Shown here: positions 11,250 through 23,649 of the stretch, piece after piece | How the letters are laid out: each line of letters opens with the position of its first letter | Position numbering within the stretch: the first letter of the stretch is position 1 | Source: Raillietiella orientalis | Lineage: Eukaryota | Length of the DNA stretch: 64,000 bases | Assembly: GCA_036172245.1 (NCBI GenBank) | Contig: JAYWIR010000007.1 | Location: 186,001-250,000 of the forward strand | Reading direction: 5' to 3' | Translations under genes and position numbers: made by a program | Notes under the pieces: generated by a model | Told to the model about the DNA's origin: nothing | Database searches by the model: none | What the model saw: only the letters and a program-made list of their open reading frames with translations

Positions 11250-11970
11250 GCTTCCAGATAGCTCGTTCTCTTTTTGGAAAAATGGTCCCGGCGCTCCCGA
11301 GTGCAAAGTAACGCGCACTTCGGCAAGCTTGCATTGGATGCCTTTGTAAGACATTGCGGGGTTTATCAACATTCGCAGTGAGTGGATGATAACAAATTTT
11401 TCTAGGACAGCAATGACTTTGTGGTTCATCCTTTGCTCCACTTTTCCACTCAACCGAACCACGAACGACTGGTCTCCTGCCGAGAAGTATTTTACGTCCA
11501 TGAATCATTAGCAGCGTGTGCAGCAAATTCTGCGTCAGGAGGGCGTCTTTGCACGGCCCTTTTCGGATGTCGCTGCCACTCGTTGGGATGAGCGAGTCTA
11601 ACTGACCTTTCAGAACTCCTGTATGCTGGAGTTCTTGGTCGAACTCACGCCCAACCCGTTCCAAGATAAGATGCCCTGCCTTATACTCAAGTGCAGGCGT
11701 GTGGCGATTTCGTACGTAAGCCTGCAGCTCAGGGGTCACGGAACAAATTCTCATGGCCACCGCTACAACAGCCAACTGCGCGAATGTTCTCGGCGGCCAC
11801 AAGACCACTAGTCCCTTCATGGCGTCCACCTGCAAGATAGAAACAGCTACCACCATCTCATCCTTGTTTCCAAGTCCTTACGTTGGAGAAGACAAAACTC
11901 GCAGGAAAAATCAGATCACATGCTGGCGCGAAAAGAGCGAAACAGACGCGCGTCCGCTCGCTTCGAGAGT
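11250..11970 (-). mobile_element. LINE 5' end and frameshifted ORF1 N-terminal half, homologous to ORF 5974-6585
   Basis: ELQAYVRNRHTPALEYK vs ELQAFLAQGYKPTLCCK; CKDALLTQNLLHTLLMIHGRK vs CKDAILVQRLLRSPLKIRGK; GDQSFVVRLSG...IQCKLAEVRVT vs MDQSIVLELSG...LHCGLATARVT; 5' motif at 11936-11970. Confidence 0.85.
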
Positions 11971-11981
11971 GTCGATCAGGA

Positions 11982-14700
11982 TTTGACTCGGTCATGCCGG
12001 GACGCTTATCTTGTTCAAAATACGAAGCAAAACTAAAAGTCTCGGAGAACATGGATCTCCAGGAAAAGACAAGAAAGGTCATAGAGAAGAACTTTATCGG
12101 GAATGACACAAACAGGCTGCCCAAAAAAAAGGGAATGGAGAGATTAGACAATAAATAAATCACAAGAAAAGGAAGGTAGGACAAAGATTTTTCCTACATG
12201 ACATTCCTTCTTTGAAAGCGGCTGTGGATCGTGTTGAGCTTTCTGACGATTTCATTTGGCAGATCAGTTAACCCTGCTGCTGCCATGCTGGCGCCTTCTC
12301 TTCGCCACGAACTTGATTCTTACACGTAGTGGGTCGTAGCTATGATGCAGCTGCTGTAGATGGCTAAGATTGCACGTCATTCCTCATTGCGCGTTCTGTG
12401 AAGAAGCGCCTCAGCGAGAGCCCTCCAGTCTTTTGCGGTCCGCAAACCGACAAAGCGATTCTCTGCCACTAGTCCTTGAGGACACTGCACTCCAATAAAA
12501 GGTGAGTGAGCGATACCATCACCCCGCACCTGAAACAGTTCGGGGATAAAACTTTTCTGGAAACCAGGTCACTCCCATGATTGCACTGGAATCCCTAGGG
12601 CAGAAACAGCTGAGCAACTTGCTCCCAGCGAACCGGGAAAACAAAGGTGTTCCGTCCAAAAGTAAGAGACCGCGAGTTCCTAGGAGAGTTTGAGCTGTCG
12701 CCTTGCCTGATAAATCTGCTTACGGCAACACCGTACACGTGACACCCTCTTGAATGGAAATTCATTTTTGTGCTAAGCCGATTTGGAAGCTGTAGAGCTG
12801 CACTTCTTTTTCCTAGAGGTTCATCCGCTTCACTCAAGGAAGCCGCAAGCATCGTTTCGACCGTCACTGTAAAAATGGACAGGGTTCAAGAAAACATTCT
12901 ACTCTTCTTATGCTTCTTTCCTCGTGTGACCAAGTGCTTTTCGTGTCATCGCTACGACCGCACCAAATGTTGCGCCAAGTCACTAGAGAGGAGTGAGCAA
13001 ACGTCTCTGTGAGCGAACTACCACGTTGATGCACAGTGGTGCTCTGAAACGGCCTCGACAGTGCAGCTTCACCATAGCAACGGAAAAACTCAATTCGAGC
13101 TCATAGTGCGTGAAGATTGGAGCGAAGAAAGAGGAAAGAACGCTGCCCAACACGACATGGTGGCGCCTGAAATCACGTCACTTGCTATTCTCCTTCTGCC
13201 GTTTGGAACCACCACCCTCAACAAATGAAACCGCCTCGTTTTCGAGGGTGACACAGCCGGACGTACCCAATGAAATCATCACCGTTTCGGGAAGATAACC
13301 AGCAACGACTGACTCTCCTGACCACTCCGTGGAGAGTAAGATGTTCGAGAGACCACAGGGGGAACATTCTTGTCGTTTTCTAAATCTCACAAATTCTCGG
13401 CTCGAGAAGATGAACTCGAGGAACTTTCCCAGTTGGAATCATGACACCTGCCATAGCTTATGGATTCACTTCCGCGTTCACGCTGACAACGGTTGGAAGA
13501 AAAATTGCTGCCAAGCGATGCATCCTTTGGCAACGGGGCAATATTAACTCCACCGAAGGTCAATGTCAACTGCGTTGACCTCGTGCTTTTCTACCGAACA
13601 ATAGGTATCCACACAACGCAGAAGACGGTCACTTCACGGCGTGAGCATTTCTCCCCTGCAGTTGGTTCTCCAGCAGCTCGTAGCTGGCTCGTTAGCATCA
13701 TGTAAGTACGAATTATGTCAAGTTGCTTCTCTTCCGTACACAAAGTGAGTAATCTAACACTGCTGGCTGGATCGCTTTTCACTTCCTGAAAATGTCGCGA
13801 AGTGCGCACGTGGTAGAAGAAGAGGAATGCGCGACCGCCGCCGGAAATCTCATTTTGAGCGATCGCGTGACACGGCCATACGCGATGAGCACGCAGCAGG
13901 TCGCGTCGACCGCGTTCCACCAATCGCCTGCCCACCCATCCGATTCTCCCACCTACCCTGGAAGTAACGCAGGAAACGGTTTTCTTTCTGCGAGCACGAG
14001 ATTGTCCGATGCTCAGTCCAAGGACTGCAGTTCGGACTCGGAAGGACGCGTCCAGATATGAGGTTTCCTGCTTCTCTATGCCATCTCCGTGCCATTCGCC
14101 GATTACATTCACCCTCTCCCCGACACCTTCGTAGGTGGTATGCCCACGGTCGGAAGTACAAGGAAAGCCAACACTCTCTCTGCCGCCTTCTTGCGTCCTC
14201 TGCTCCTTTCTCGAAAATGGTCGTTCGCCACTTATGCTCCCATCCTCGTGTTTTTCTTCCCAGCACTGCTCCGTCCTCCGCTCGAAAATCTCCTCAAAGT
14301 ATGCCGCTCCCCCTAACTCAAATCAGACGTTCCTCCTGTCTCCCGTAGTGGTGAAAAAGAGCTGCAGGAGCATGCGCAATCAGCTGCAAACTGTTTCCTT
14401 TCGGTTCATTCCGAAAGTTGTCCCGGCAAACATGCCATATGGCCGTTGAAGCGTTCGTGAAGGGAGATTCACGGAATTCCCCCTATTTTTGTGGTCATCT
14501 TAGAATCAACATCAACTCCGAAAAGTGTGGTGAGAATGCCGCACACGAGATGGCTGTACTGGAGCAGCCCGGGCATTCCGGTTCGAGGCAGATGGCAGTG
14601 GGCGAGTGGCACCGCCCAGCGGGAGACCTCTCATAACCTCAACACCTCTTCTAAACGAGAAAAGCGTGAGTATCCGGTTCACCACTTGGCTGCTGATGAG
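11982..14700 (-). mobile_element. Old, internally deleted L1/Tx1-like LINE (ORF1 remnant, APE, RT stub, CCHC, 3' terminus)
   Basis: PGLLQYSHLVCGILTT (~14520-14570); APE-like SGGGRAFLF..EVKSDPASSVRLLTLC..QLDIIRTY (ORF 13591-14112); HVYGVAVSRFIRQGD (ORF 12595-12867) fused to the SPNCFRCGVMVSLTHLLLEC region (~12490-12550); terminal motif 11982-12010; 5' boundary uncertain. Confidence 0.75.
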
Positions 14701-16659
14701 TTGCTGTCGAATTGCTTTTGTGTGGTTGACCCGGTCATGGCACAACTGTGGTGCGGTGCTCGCCGCAATGTCAACTTTCGGGAGTGTGTGGATCCAAAAA
14801 GTCCACGGACGTAAGGGAAACACAGGGGAGGTTTCCAAAAGCTCTGTGGAACGGAGGAGGAACAAGGTACAAGGGAAAAACAAAACAAAAAGTGTTCCAA
14901 GATATAGCAATGAAAAAGAGAAGGCAGGTAGACAGCAAAGCCCTTCACGTTGGGTCATCTTCTTCCTCTTCTCCTTTGGGCAATGTGGAGCAGCGACTGC
15001 GGACAGCGGGCGACCCGAAATCCTGCACAAAGAGTTCCTTGGATTGTTCAGTGGGTTTCACAACGCGGTAATTACGTACGCTGGAAAGCGTTTCTAGACT
15101 GACAAGAGGGCAACAGATTTAAATGACAGATAGGCAAGGATCTCTGTCTCTTTAGAGCTGCTGCAGATGCCTATGGCCTTCCCTTCGTTTAGTGGTAGCA
15201 GCGTTTGTACAACAAAGAGTCTTCAACGTTGCAGCAGCAAGGAGACACGAGTTGTTCGTCATCCAGGCCGGGACTTTCCCGCGCTCTTCCTTTGAAGGTT
15301 GCCTAAGAGAGCATCTCCGCTTACATGTCGTATGGGACCATTGTAGGTTGTTCCAACAAACTGACGAGCACACAAGCCTACAAAAGAACTATAGCTACTG
15401 TAGATGTTGCAGGAAACGTTCGATCTCCCTAATAAGCTTTTAACAACGATGTCCAAAGAAAAGGACATGTTGGCGGCTAAGGAGGCGTCTGATAAGCACG
15501 CCAAATCTGCGAATTCTCTGCCCGTCACTTCCATCTTCCCTTGTTGCCTTTCAATAGGCGGAAACTCACATTAGCGTTTAGCTGGTGATCTGTACTTACG
15601 TTTGAGCAATTCTTGCAGCCAAGCGTACGAAGATAAAGATAATCTTTAGAATTAAAGCCGAACCTTCATTAGTGCCAGCATCAGCAGCCAAACTGCATTG
15701 TCTAAACACGTAGCACGAAACACCTTTGCTGCAAGATCATGAACCTCTCTGTGCTCCACGCGGATTTTCGTCCAGAGACCTCAGTCCATTTCATCCCCTC
15801 ACAGATGGTGGAAGCAGAGAAACACATCCGACGATGAAAGCTGTCCGCAAAATTGTTCCCAATGTTTACCGGGCAGATAAGGAGACTTGCGTTCCCGGAA
15901 AGGATGGAGAACCGACTCTGTTTTCCGTACACAGCCCAGCCATGCACCTGTAGGGCAGATGTCTCCAAACCGACGGTAAAGTTTCTTCAAGGACCTGGCC
16001 GGAGAGATCTCTAAGGCGATTCAGTTCCGCCGTCCACAACGAACCGCGCCACTAATAACACGGATGACTTCGCCAGTTTCTCCCTCATGACCTCACCTCG
16101 ACGGAACAACTCGGACGACTTCACCTTCTATGCCACTGGGACTAGCACGGATAGCGCCAGGAGCAGCTGAGCGCTTCTTGCAGCGCCGGCTCTGCGGGTT
16201 AGCACCAGTTCAAAGAACCTTTTTCAGATCGGGCAATCAGATAGTCTTCCTTCACGGTGGGATTCACTCGAGATGACCCGCAGCAGCTGAAACACTCGCT
16301 GTCTGCTTTTCCTCCTGGAGAGAAAAGGTATTTGTGCAGACCTCATTCGCCCTGTGGGCACAACGTTACATTCGAATCGTATATGTTCTTTGAGACCACA
16401 ACACGCAGATGTCGATGTGAGGGGAAGGTTGTTATCGATCGGCCGTGTGCTGTCAAAGAACACTGGCACGCAGTGTTCACGCCCCTTTTCACCTTTGATT
16501 CCAAGCTTCTTTCTTCTTCTTCTACCTATACATTCTACCTACTACCTAAATACTTCCACCTATATCGATTCGTGCAGGTCGACATACTTGCGTTTGATTG
16601 CCAATGCACGCCAGTTAACATATACCAAGTTAGATCGAGGACTTGTTCGTTTGGTTAGA

Positions 16660-18720
16660 CAACCTTCCCTGGTGTTGCGCAACACCCATCAGTGCAAAAA
16701 GGCCATCCACTGAACGCGTTCAGCCTCCTTGGAACAACGAATGGATGGCACCTTCATTAGGAGAAGCCCACCAACGTTCAGTCCCGGTGAACTTCGAGAG
16801 GGAAACAGGGAGCTACGCTCTACCCCGATGATCTCCATGGCCCAGGTGAAGGCGGCAAAGTCTCACGCCTTCTTCAAACCCTGCGCATAAGAGTTTCCCC
16901 TCGGCAAAAGCTTGAGCGAAGAATCGGACCCAACTCTCAGGGAAGGACAGGGGTCGGCGTAACCACGACTGGTTGCAGAAACGAAAGCACGAAGGGTGAA
17001 AACACTGATCCTGAAGACGAAGTGACCTGCGCATGGATTACTGGAAGAGAAAGCAAGAGAAGGAAGCTGCGTTTGAAAAGAGCTTGCCGAGGCACGCCCA
17101 CCGCGGATTCAGCAGGCAACATCGGAATGCAACACGTGGCGGTGGCTGCTGCGGAGCTGCGCTGAACTCAACTGCCCTTATCCCGTGAATGGATCGTCCG
17201 CGGGACTGAAAGCACACCACGTGCAGGGTCTCCAGCCAAAAGATGGCAAACGAATTCGTGGTCCAAGCAAGCCAAAAAACTGTCTTCCGCTTCTGTTCCT
17301 CGGGGACAATCGGGAATGATTCTCGGAAACGCTCGCCGCATTGTGTTGAAACGAGGGTGAGTCACGACGACCACATTGCAGGGGGACCACACGGAAAATT
17401 CACATTCTCTCGAACCGTACTGTGAATGATTGAGCCCAACCGACAAGGAGATTATCCGAATATTCCTCTTCTCGGCAACAACAACACCAGGGAGGAAGCA
17501 AGGATTCTTCGGAACCGTTGCCTGATCGCACCGTCAGCGAGATGGTGGCAGGCTTTGCAATGAGTTCAGAAATGCCCCAAGCGAAGTCGCTGCATTCACG
17601 ACTCCCTACAATCATAGACGTTTTTACCGCGTATTTCGAAGATGGGTTTTCCCCAGAATTTCGCATGCAGAAGATGGCTAAAGACATGTATTTCATCATC
17701 AGAGCCCAACAGTGCTCGTGCACCGAAGATGATTGGAAGCAACCTTGCACTCTTGTGAGTACCTGAGAAAAGGTGGCAGCTGCGAATTGCGATGCTCCGG
17801 GACCTGCTTCGCACAGAGGGGATTCTTTCAGATAAAAACACCTTTGCCGGAAAAGTTGCGCTTGCCTTGGGACTGCTGAGAGTCGTCGGAGCGCTTTGTT
17901 TCAGTCCGGAAGGACAACCCATTCAAGGGTTCTGGGCGGGACGCATAAGACTCTTCAGAGACAGGATTTCATAAACGGAGACTCTGGACGAATGCCCTCA
18001 CGAACGGTTAGATGAAGCTGGCGGTATAGCAGTCTGGCATCCCGTTAACAACTGATGAGGAACACGCCGAAGCACTGTGAATAAGCCTAATGAGAAAGGA
18101 GAGCCCGGAGCTGTTTGCAATTCCAAAGCTGTGCACACACGAAATAAATAAACACATCAAAGCGACATTAACGGAAACAGCGCCAAACTGCTCAGAAGGA
18201 AGACGAAGGAACCTGTTGGACACGCGGTAATCAGCTTGAGGGTTCTGCATGAAATGGAAGGAATGAGGATAAGCATGGTCTCGTGGTGATTAAGAATGAT
18301 CCCAGTTTCCACAGGAGAGCAACGAAGTTCCAGGAAGGTTATTTGGGTGCCATTGTGATGCACTGCGCATCAAACTGTCTTCCCCACATATCTGTTTTTT
18401 ATGAACCTCAAGGAATTGACCCTGTGGGTTGGAGACGTGCAAGCGACGGTGTGCTACATGCAGGAGCCTAAGAAACTTAGAAAACAGAGTTTTCCTTGGG
18501 CAGGGCACGATTCCACACAAACGCTCTAAATGAGCTTTGTTCAGTATCCCCTCGACACAACTGATCTTTCCTACCGTTGCCATAAGATGAGGAGCTCACT
18601 GATCACATAAGATGAAAACTGGAAGTATGAACTCCTCTCTGCAAAACGCCTCTCCCTATCAGAAATCTTCCATTAATCTAATGTAAGTAACCATCTCATT
18701 TTCCTCAACGCAGAAAGAAC
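16660..18720 (+). mobile_element. Decayed Ty3/Gypsy pol (RT - RNase H - integrase order)
   Basis: In order: PTFSPGELRE..KSHAFFKPC (RT N-terminus), LKRACRGTPTADS, RVSHDDHIAGG (YxDD-like), EMPQAKSLH..KDMYFIIRAQQ, ANCDAPG (RNase H 'CDAS'-like), then integrase-like segment; many stops. Confidence 0.65.
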
Positions 18721-21099
18721 ACACGCGAACGCGCAGAGAATGGGAGTTGGGCAAAGTATCGCTCAGTCAGTGAGTCCTCAACCTTGCCAACGAATTTTTC
18801 TTAGCCTCAGCTCGAAATTCAACGAAGCAAACAAATGTGCACTCTTAAGATTTACCGCTTTTAAGTTCTTCTGGCTGTGGGACCTCGCATCCCTTGCTCA
18901 GAAGTATCAAGATGTTCACGGCATGAAATTGCAGGCAATATACACTCTGTGGGCACAGACACCACAAAGAAGGCGCCTCGCTGATCAGCTGACATTTGGG
19001 TATTCGAAGGCTCCTTCGAGGGCGGCAGCCCCACCATTTGCACAATTTGAAAACGACCAACAATCCGAAAATGTGTTCCAAAGTGGCTGCTTGGAAAGCA
19101 CGCCGTGGAGTTCCCCACTCGGCGCTTTCAGCGGATAAGTTGCAGTGGTGCTCCACTCACGAGCCGTACACTCAAGTACACTGCCCAGTTGAGGATTCCA
19201 TCAGGTCTTCATCCTTAATCACCATGATTTGTTCGGTGTGATTTTGCCTACAAGAAAGTTACTATGCTCGTTGCCTGTGCCTTTGGCATTCCTGGTCCGC
19301 TGACCAGGCGACAAGCACTTGAAAACAGGCAGTGCCACTTTTGACATCAGCCGTGTGGATGCTCCCACGCATTGAGGGGTCTTCCCTTCGTGTCTCCATT
19401 CGCTCGAATTTCTCGAAATCGGAAAATTCGGATTTCGAGGACCTCGCCGAATTCGCAAGCATCGACTGCTTGTTTCCACAAGCATTACCAAGACCGTCAT
19501 GGCTTCCTCCGCCAAAGGAAATGAAGAAGGATGGACACTCTCCATTTGTGTATCTTACGCCCTATGCCCACGTGCAATTCAAATATTCTTCCGGTTGGGA
19601 AACTTTGGTGTGAATTTTTCAAAATGACGAGTGATGCAGAATACTAGTTTCGAACATGCAGTACCACACCTTCAATGCAGAGATCTCGAAGTTCCTCCGA
19701 CCCTTTTCCGTTCTGGTCGCTGCTCTTCATTTCATCTTCAATTGCACCCGCTTCATGCAAACGGAAGGTAACGTCCCGTTTCCTGTTTTGCCAATCTGTC
19801 ATTTAGTCAACATTTCTCATGTGTTTCGTGGAAAGAACAAACAAAGCATTTCAATATTCGATTGATTGTAGAGGAAGAAATCGCATTCCTATGAATGTCA
19901 GTGCTATAATCACAAGAAACGAACAAATGAGTTCTGTATTGCTGAAACACTTCCTGAGCTGTGTAGCAGAATGTCAGTGTCTCGCAACGTCATTAAACGA
20001 ACGACACAGAACTTGCACAAAATAGGAAGGTACTCTATTCTCTGGAGTTCAAGTTACACGCAGTTTTCAAGAACACAGTGATTTCCTTTCAAACCCTTCA
20101 TTTTTTTGAACGTTTTTTTTGTTTTTTCGGTTTTTTTTTTTTTTGTTTCTCTCCTATTGCCCTGTGCTGCAGAGTCGAAGCCCGCTTGCCTGGGTGCCAG
20201 TTCCCGGCAGCTTCCCGCTCCTGGTTCCGGGTCACGTGACGCAGGACCAAACGCCCGGCCACGCACGTTTCTGTTTCGTTTCCAAACCAACGAAGGCGTG
20301 ACCGAGTGTCAACCAGTGAGACCAGTGCACACACGGAGAGTTGCTTGGCAAACCGTCTCCCGTTCGCATCCCACCTTCTGTTCGACCGCAGTGCCCGTGA
20401 ACACCGCTGGTGGTGTCGCCCGGGCGTTCCGCCGACCGCACCACACCGCTCCGCAATTGCTGCGACGCCTCTTCGCGGAGAAAGTGTCGAAGGAGGGCGC
20501 AGCAGTGAGCTGCGTTTGCGTCCAGGTGACCTCCCGCCATGAGGAGGACTCAGGATCGCGCAGAAACGAATCAACCACAAGGGAAGGCGAATTTCGAAAT
20601 TCGGAAGCACGATGCCCTCATGTGCCACGAGAAGTTTCCTGGGAAATCACCACCATCCGGAGACGCTCCTAGGAAGGAAGAAAGCATTCCACGACGCACC
20701 TCCCTCTTCACGCCCTCACGTCCCTTTTTTATTCCTTCCTATTCCCCTTTTCACAATTCAGAAGCCGGCCTGCGTGCCAGTGCTCACCTCAAATTGACTT
20801 TCCCATTTCTGTGGCATCTGCCATATTTCGTGGAGGAAAACACTCCTTGCAGAACTATTATTGTGTTCATTTGTTTTGCTCGGTACCTCACGGAGTCACC
20901 GTGAAACAACCGAATCACCAAGGTCGATCTGTGCACCAATTGAGTCAACTGAAGATTTCCAAAATCCACTCTCCATTTACGTGTGATGACTTTCTTCTCT
21001 TTCCCAGACTCACCCCTCAACTGCAAGCTTCGCAATGAACCGGGAAGACTGAAAAATAGGTACGAACAGAGGAAATATCAGCTCGTGCTCCGTTCTGTC

Positions 21100-23620
21100 G
21101 AAGTACATAAAAGTTAGCGGCGCCATGTTGCACAGTGCTTGCAATCCGATTGATAAATCGTAAAATGCAGGTTGTGAAGCTGCATGTGGGTTCCTGGAGA
21201 TGATGGGAGCTTCTTCTGTTTACGCGGTGCGCGTGATGGTGTGAGTGGCAGGGACGATCGGAATTCGCTTCTGATGAGCATATGAAAATAGGGAACCACA
21301 TGGAGACCGACGCAATCGAATTGGGAGAATTGTTTGCGAAGATAGCGATCGCCGGAATGAAGATGGATGAAAATTCCCAGATTCCAACGAGTGCAAGACG
21401 CACTTCCAGGGATGCGAAAAAGCTACCAAAGACAACCCATGCCCTGAATAGGTTGCGAGACTCTTCGACCGGACTGAGTCGATGCCTGCCCTACAAGACG
21501 GCGTGATGCGCTGGTGCAGCACCGGCACAGATCCTCCACGCTGACCCCGCTGTGCTTCTCCTGCAGCTTCTCCTTCACGCAATAAGGCAGTGCTGCAGGA
21601 GTGTCGACTGGTAAAGATCTCGACGCCTCCTGCCGTCGCGGGGAAGATGCAGCAGAAGGAAGAAGAACGTGCTGCCAGAGAAGGCCTCCTCCACAGCAGC
21701 GAAATTCTAGGAAGCGAAGAGCAAGAACAAAAGCACGAGGTGCACCCAAAGTACGCCGTGCTGAGGAAGACACTGCTAAGAGTGAAAGAATGCGAACTAC
21801 AGGTGGAAGCAACGAAGTGCGACCGCTGCATGATGTAAGAAACGTGAAAATAGGAAGCGCCCACTCGCTTCCGTACGGGCAGTCATCCTCCATTGGGTAC
21901 TGTGCTGGGAACATCGTTTGGAGGTGAAGCGCCGGTACAGCGGGATAAGGATCGCTGGTGTTGGTTCAACGCTTACGACGTATAATACGCATAAACTGAG
22001 ACAAGGTCCACGCCGCTGCTTCCGCGAAAGGTGTCCATCGGGACTGAAAACCGAGACAACCCCGTAACAGATGGCACGGACAACTGGAAACCGAAAGCGA
22101 CGTCTGGGAACAACGCCTCGCTGAAACTACGAGACAAAGCTGTCCACCTCGGAGGGAGTGCAGGGACTCCCGGAAAATCCGAACGACCTCCTCCGTGGCT
22201 GCAAAAGTAAAAATCGCTGCCTGAAAAATCAATGGATTTCGGGTCGCAGGAAAGAAAGAAGACGCATCCAACGGACCATCAACATGTCGTGTATTCATCG
22301 AGGAACCTACGAAAGGGGCCACAGATTCATATTGCAGGACTGGCGACGAGTGTACGCCCACGACAGAAAAGACGAAGGCGGAGGCGAACTTCGTGACGAG
22401 CGAAACCGTGCTCTCCGTCGCCCAGCCCGATCATGGGGTTTCGAATTTCGCGGTCCTCACAGAAGGAACGAACGATGAGCGAGGGGACCTCATTGCCATC
22501 TGCGCAGCATCCACGCCTCCATCACATGTGTACATCGTACAGCGACGAGGGTGATTTCAACTGTTGAAAGATCCCCGTCCTGTCCAGTGGCGCCCGACGG
22601 AGGACTCGCCAAGAAATCAACAGAAAACCCGCAAAATCCCAGGAACGTGTGGTTACAAGCGAGGCACAATTCGATCGACCACATCCTTCACTGAAAAGTA
22701 ATCGACGACCTCATGCGGAAAACTGCGGATACGCAGACTCTTCTGCTGGATGCCTGCACATTGCAGGCTGTCTGTCTGCTTCCTATTCTGCACATTGATC
22801 TTAGCCAAAAGGCCGAGAAGCGTTGCCCCTGAAATCCCAAGGAATGCAACCGGTGCGAGCCATGCTGCAGACGGAGCTCTTATTGAAAGAGTTTCCTGGG
22901 ACACCTCCTTCGCCGTTGCCCGCATGGATGCTCCTCCTTGCCGAATACGCCCTTCGGCTTCCACTCCTACTGCTGCGGAAGAACGCGACAACAGATTAGA
23001 AAGCAGCAGCCTCCACCACGTGCTTGCCTTCTACACTCTACCACGACGCGCTGTACGCGAAAGTTCCATCTACTCAATGCACACAGAATTGATGAATTGG
23101 ATGTAAGCAATTTCCTCATTCCTTGATCGTATCGATTTCCATGGCCATCGACTACGTTCGAGAATCGCTACGGTCACAACCCAGCAACAAATGTGATTGG
23201 AATGGCGAACGTCACAAACGTATACGATTATGAGCAGCTCATATGACGGGGGTAACGCGACCTTACGTTTCGTAAGGAATACGCTCCACGAAAATACCTC
23301 TTCCATACTCCATGACATGAGAATATCCATTGTGTAGCAGAATTCAATGGAACGTACACTGTTCTTCTACAGACCGATCGTGTGGACGCGATGTAAGAGT
23401 GGCTCCGTGTTCACGTGAACGAACAATGCCTCCGGACATGTATGGTATGAGAAAACCAGTGATCAGCGCAAACAAGTGTCCCGAAGGAAAAGCGAAAGCA
23501 AGCAACCAAGGGAAGCAAGTGATGAAGAACTGAAGCCAGGGAGCAAAGATAAGAAGCTCAGCCTCGTAGGGAACGCTCTCCAGGAAAAGAGTGCATTCGG
23601 GGGGCGTTCCTTGCGTCACG
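21100..23620 (+). mobile_element. Decayed Ty1/Copia relic (gag - integrase - start of RT)
   Basis: HMKIGNHMETDAIELGELFAKIAIAGMKMDENSQI (copia gag-like), RWHGQL (WHxRLGH-like), GKSERP, KDEGGGEL (SDNGGEY-like), REASDEELKPGSKDKKLSLV (AMxEE..TWxLV-like); integrase precedes RT. Confidence 0.6.
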
Positions 23621-23649
23621 ACCGTCATGCTACGAATCGAAAGCTCGTC

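Noticed and set aside
22730..22815. CWMPAHC...LAK as LINE RNase H (WVPAH..GNE.AD)
   Set aside because: GNE/AD is missing, spacing is wrong, and it lies inside the Copia relic
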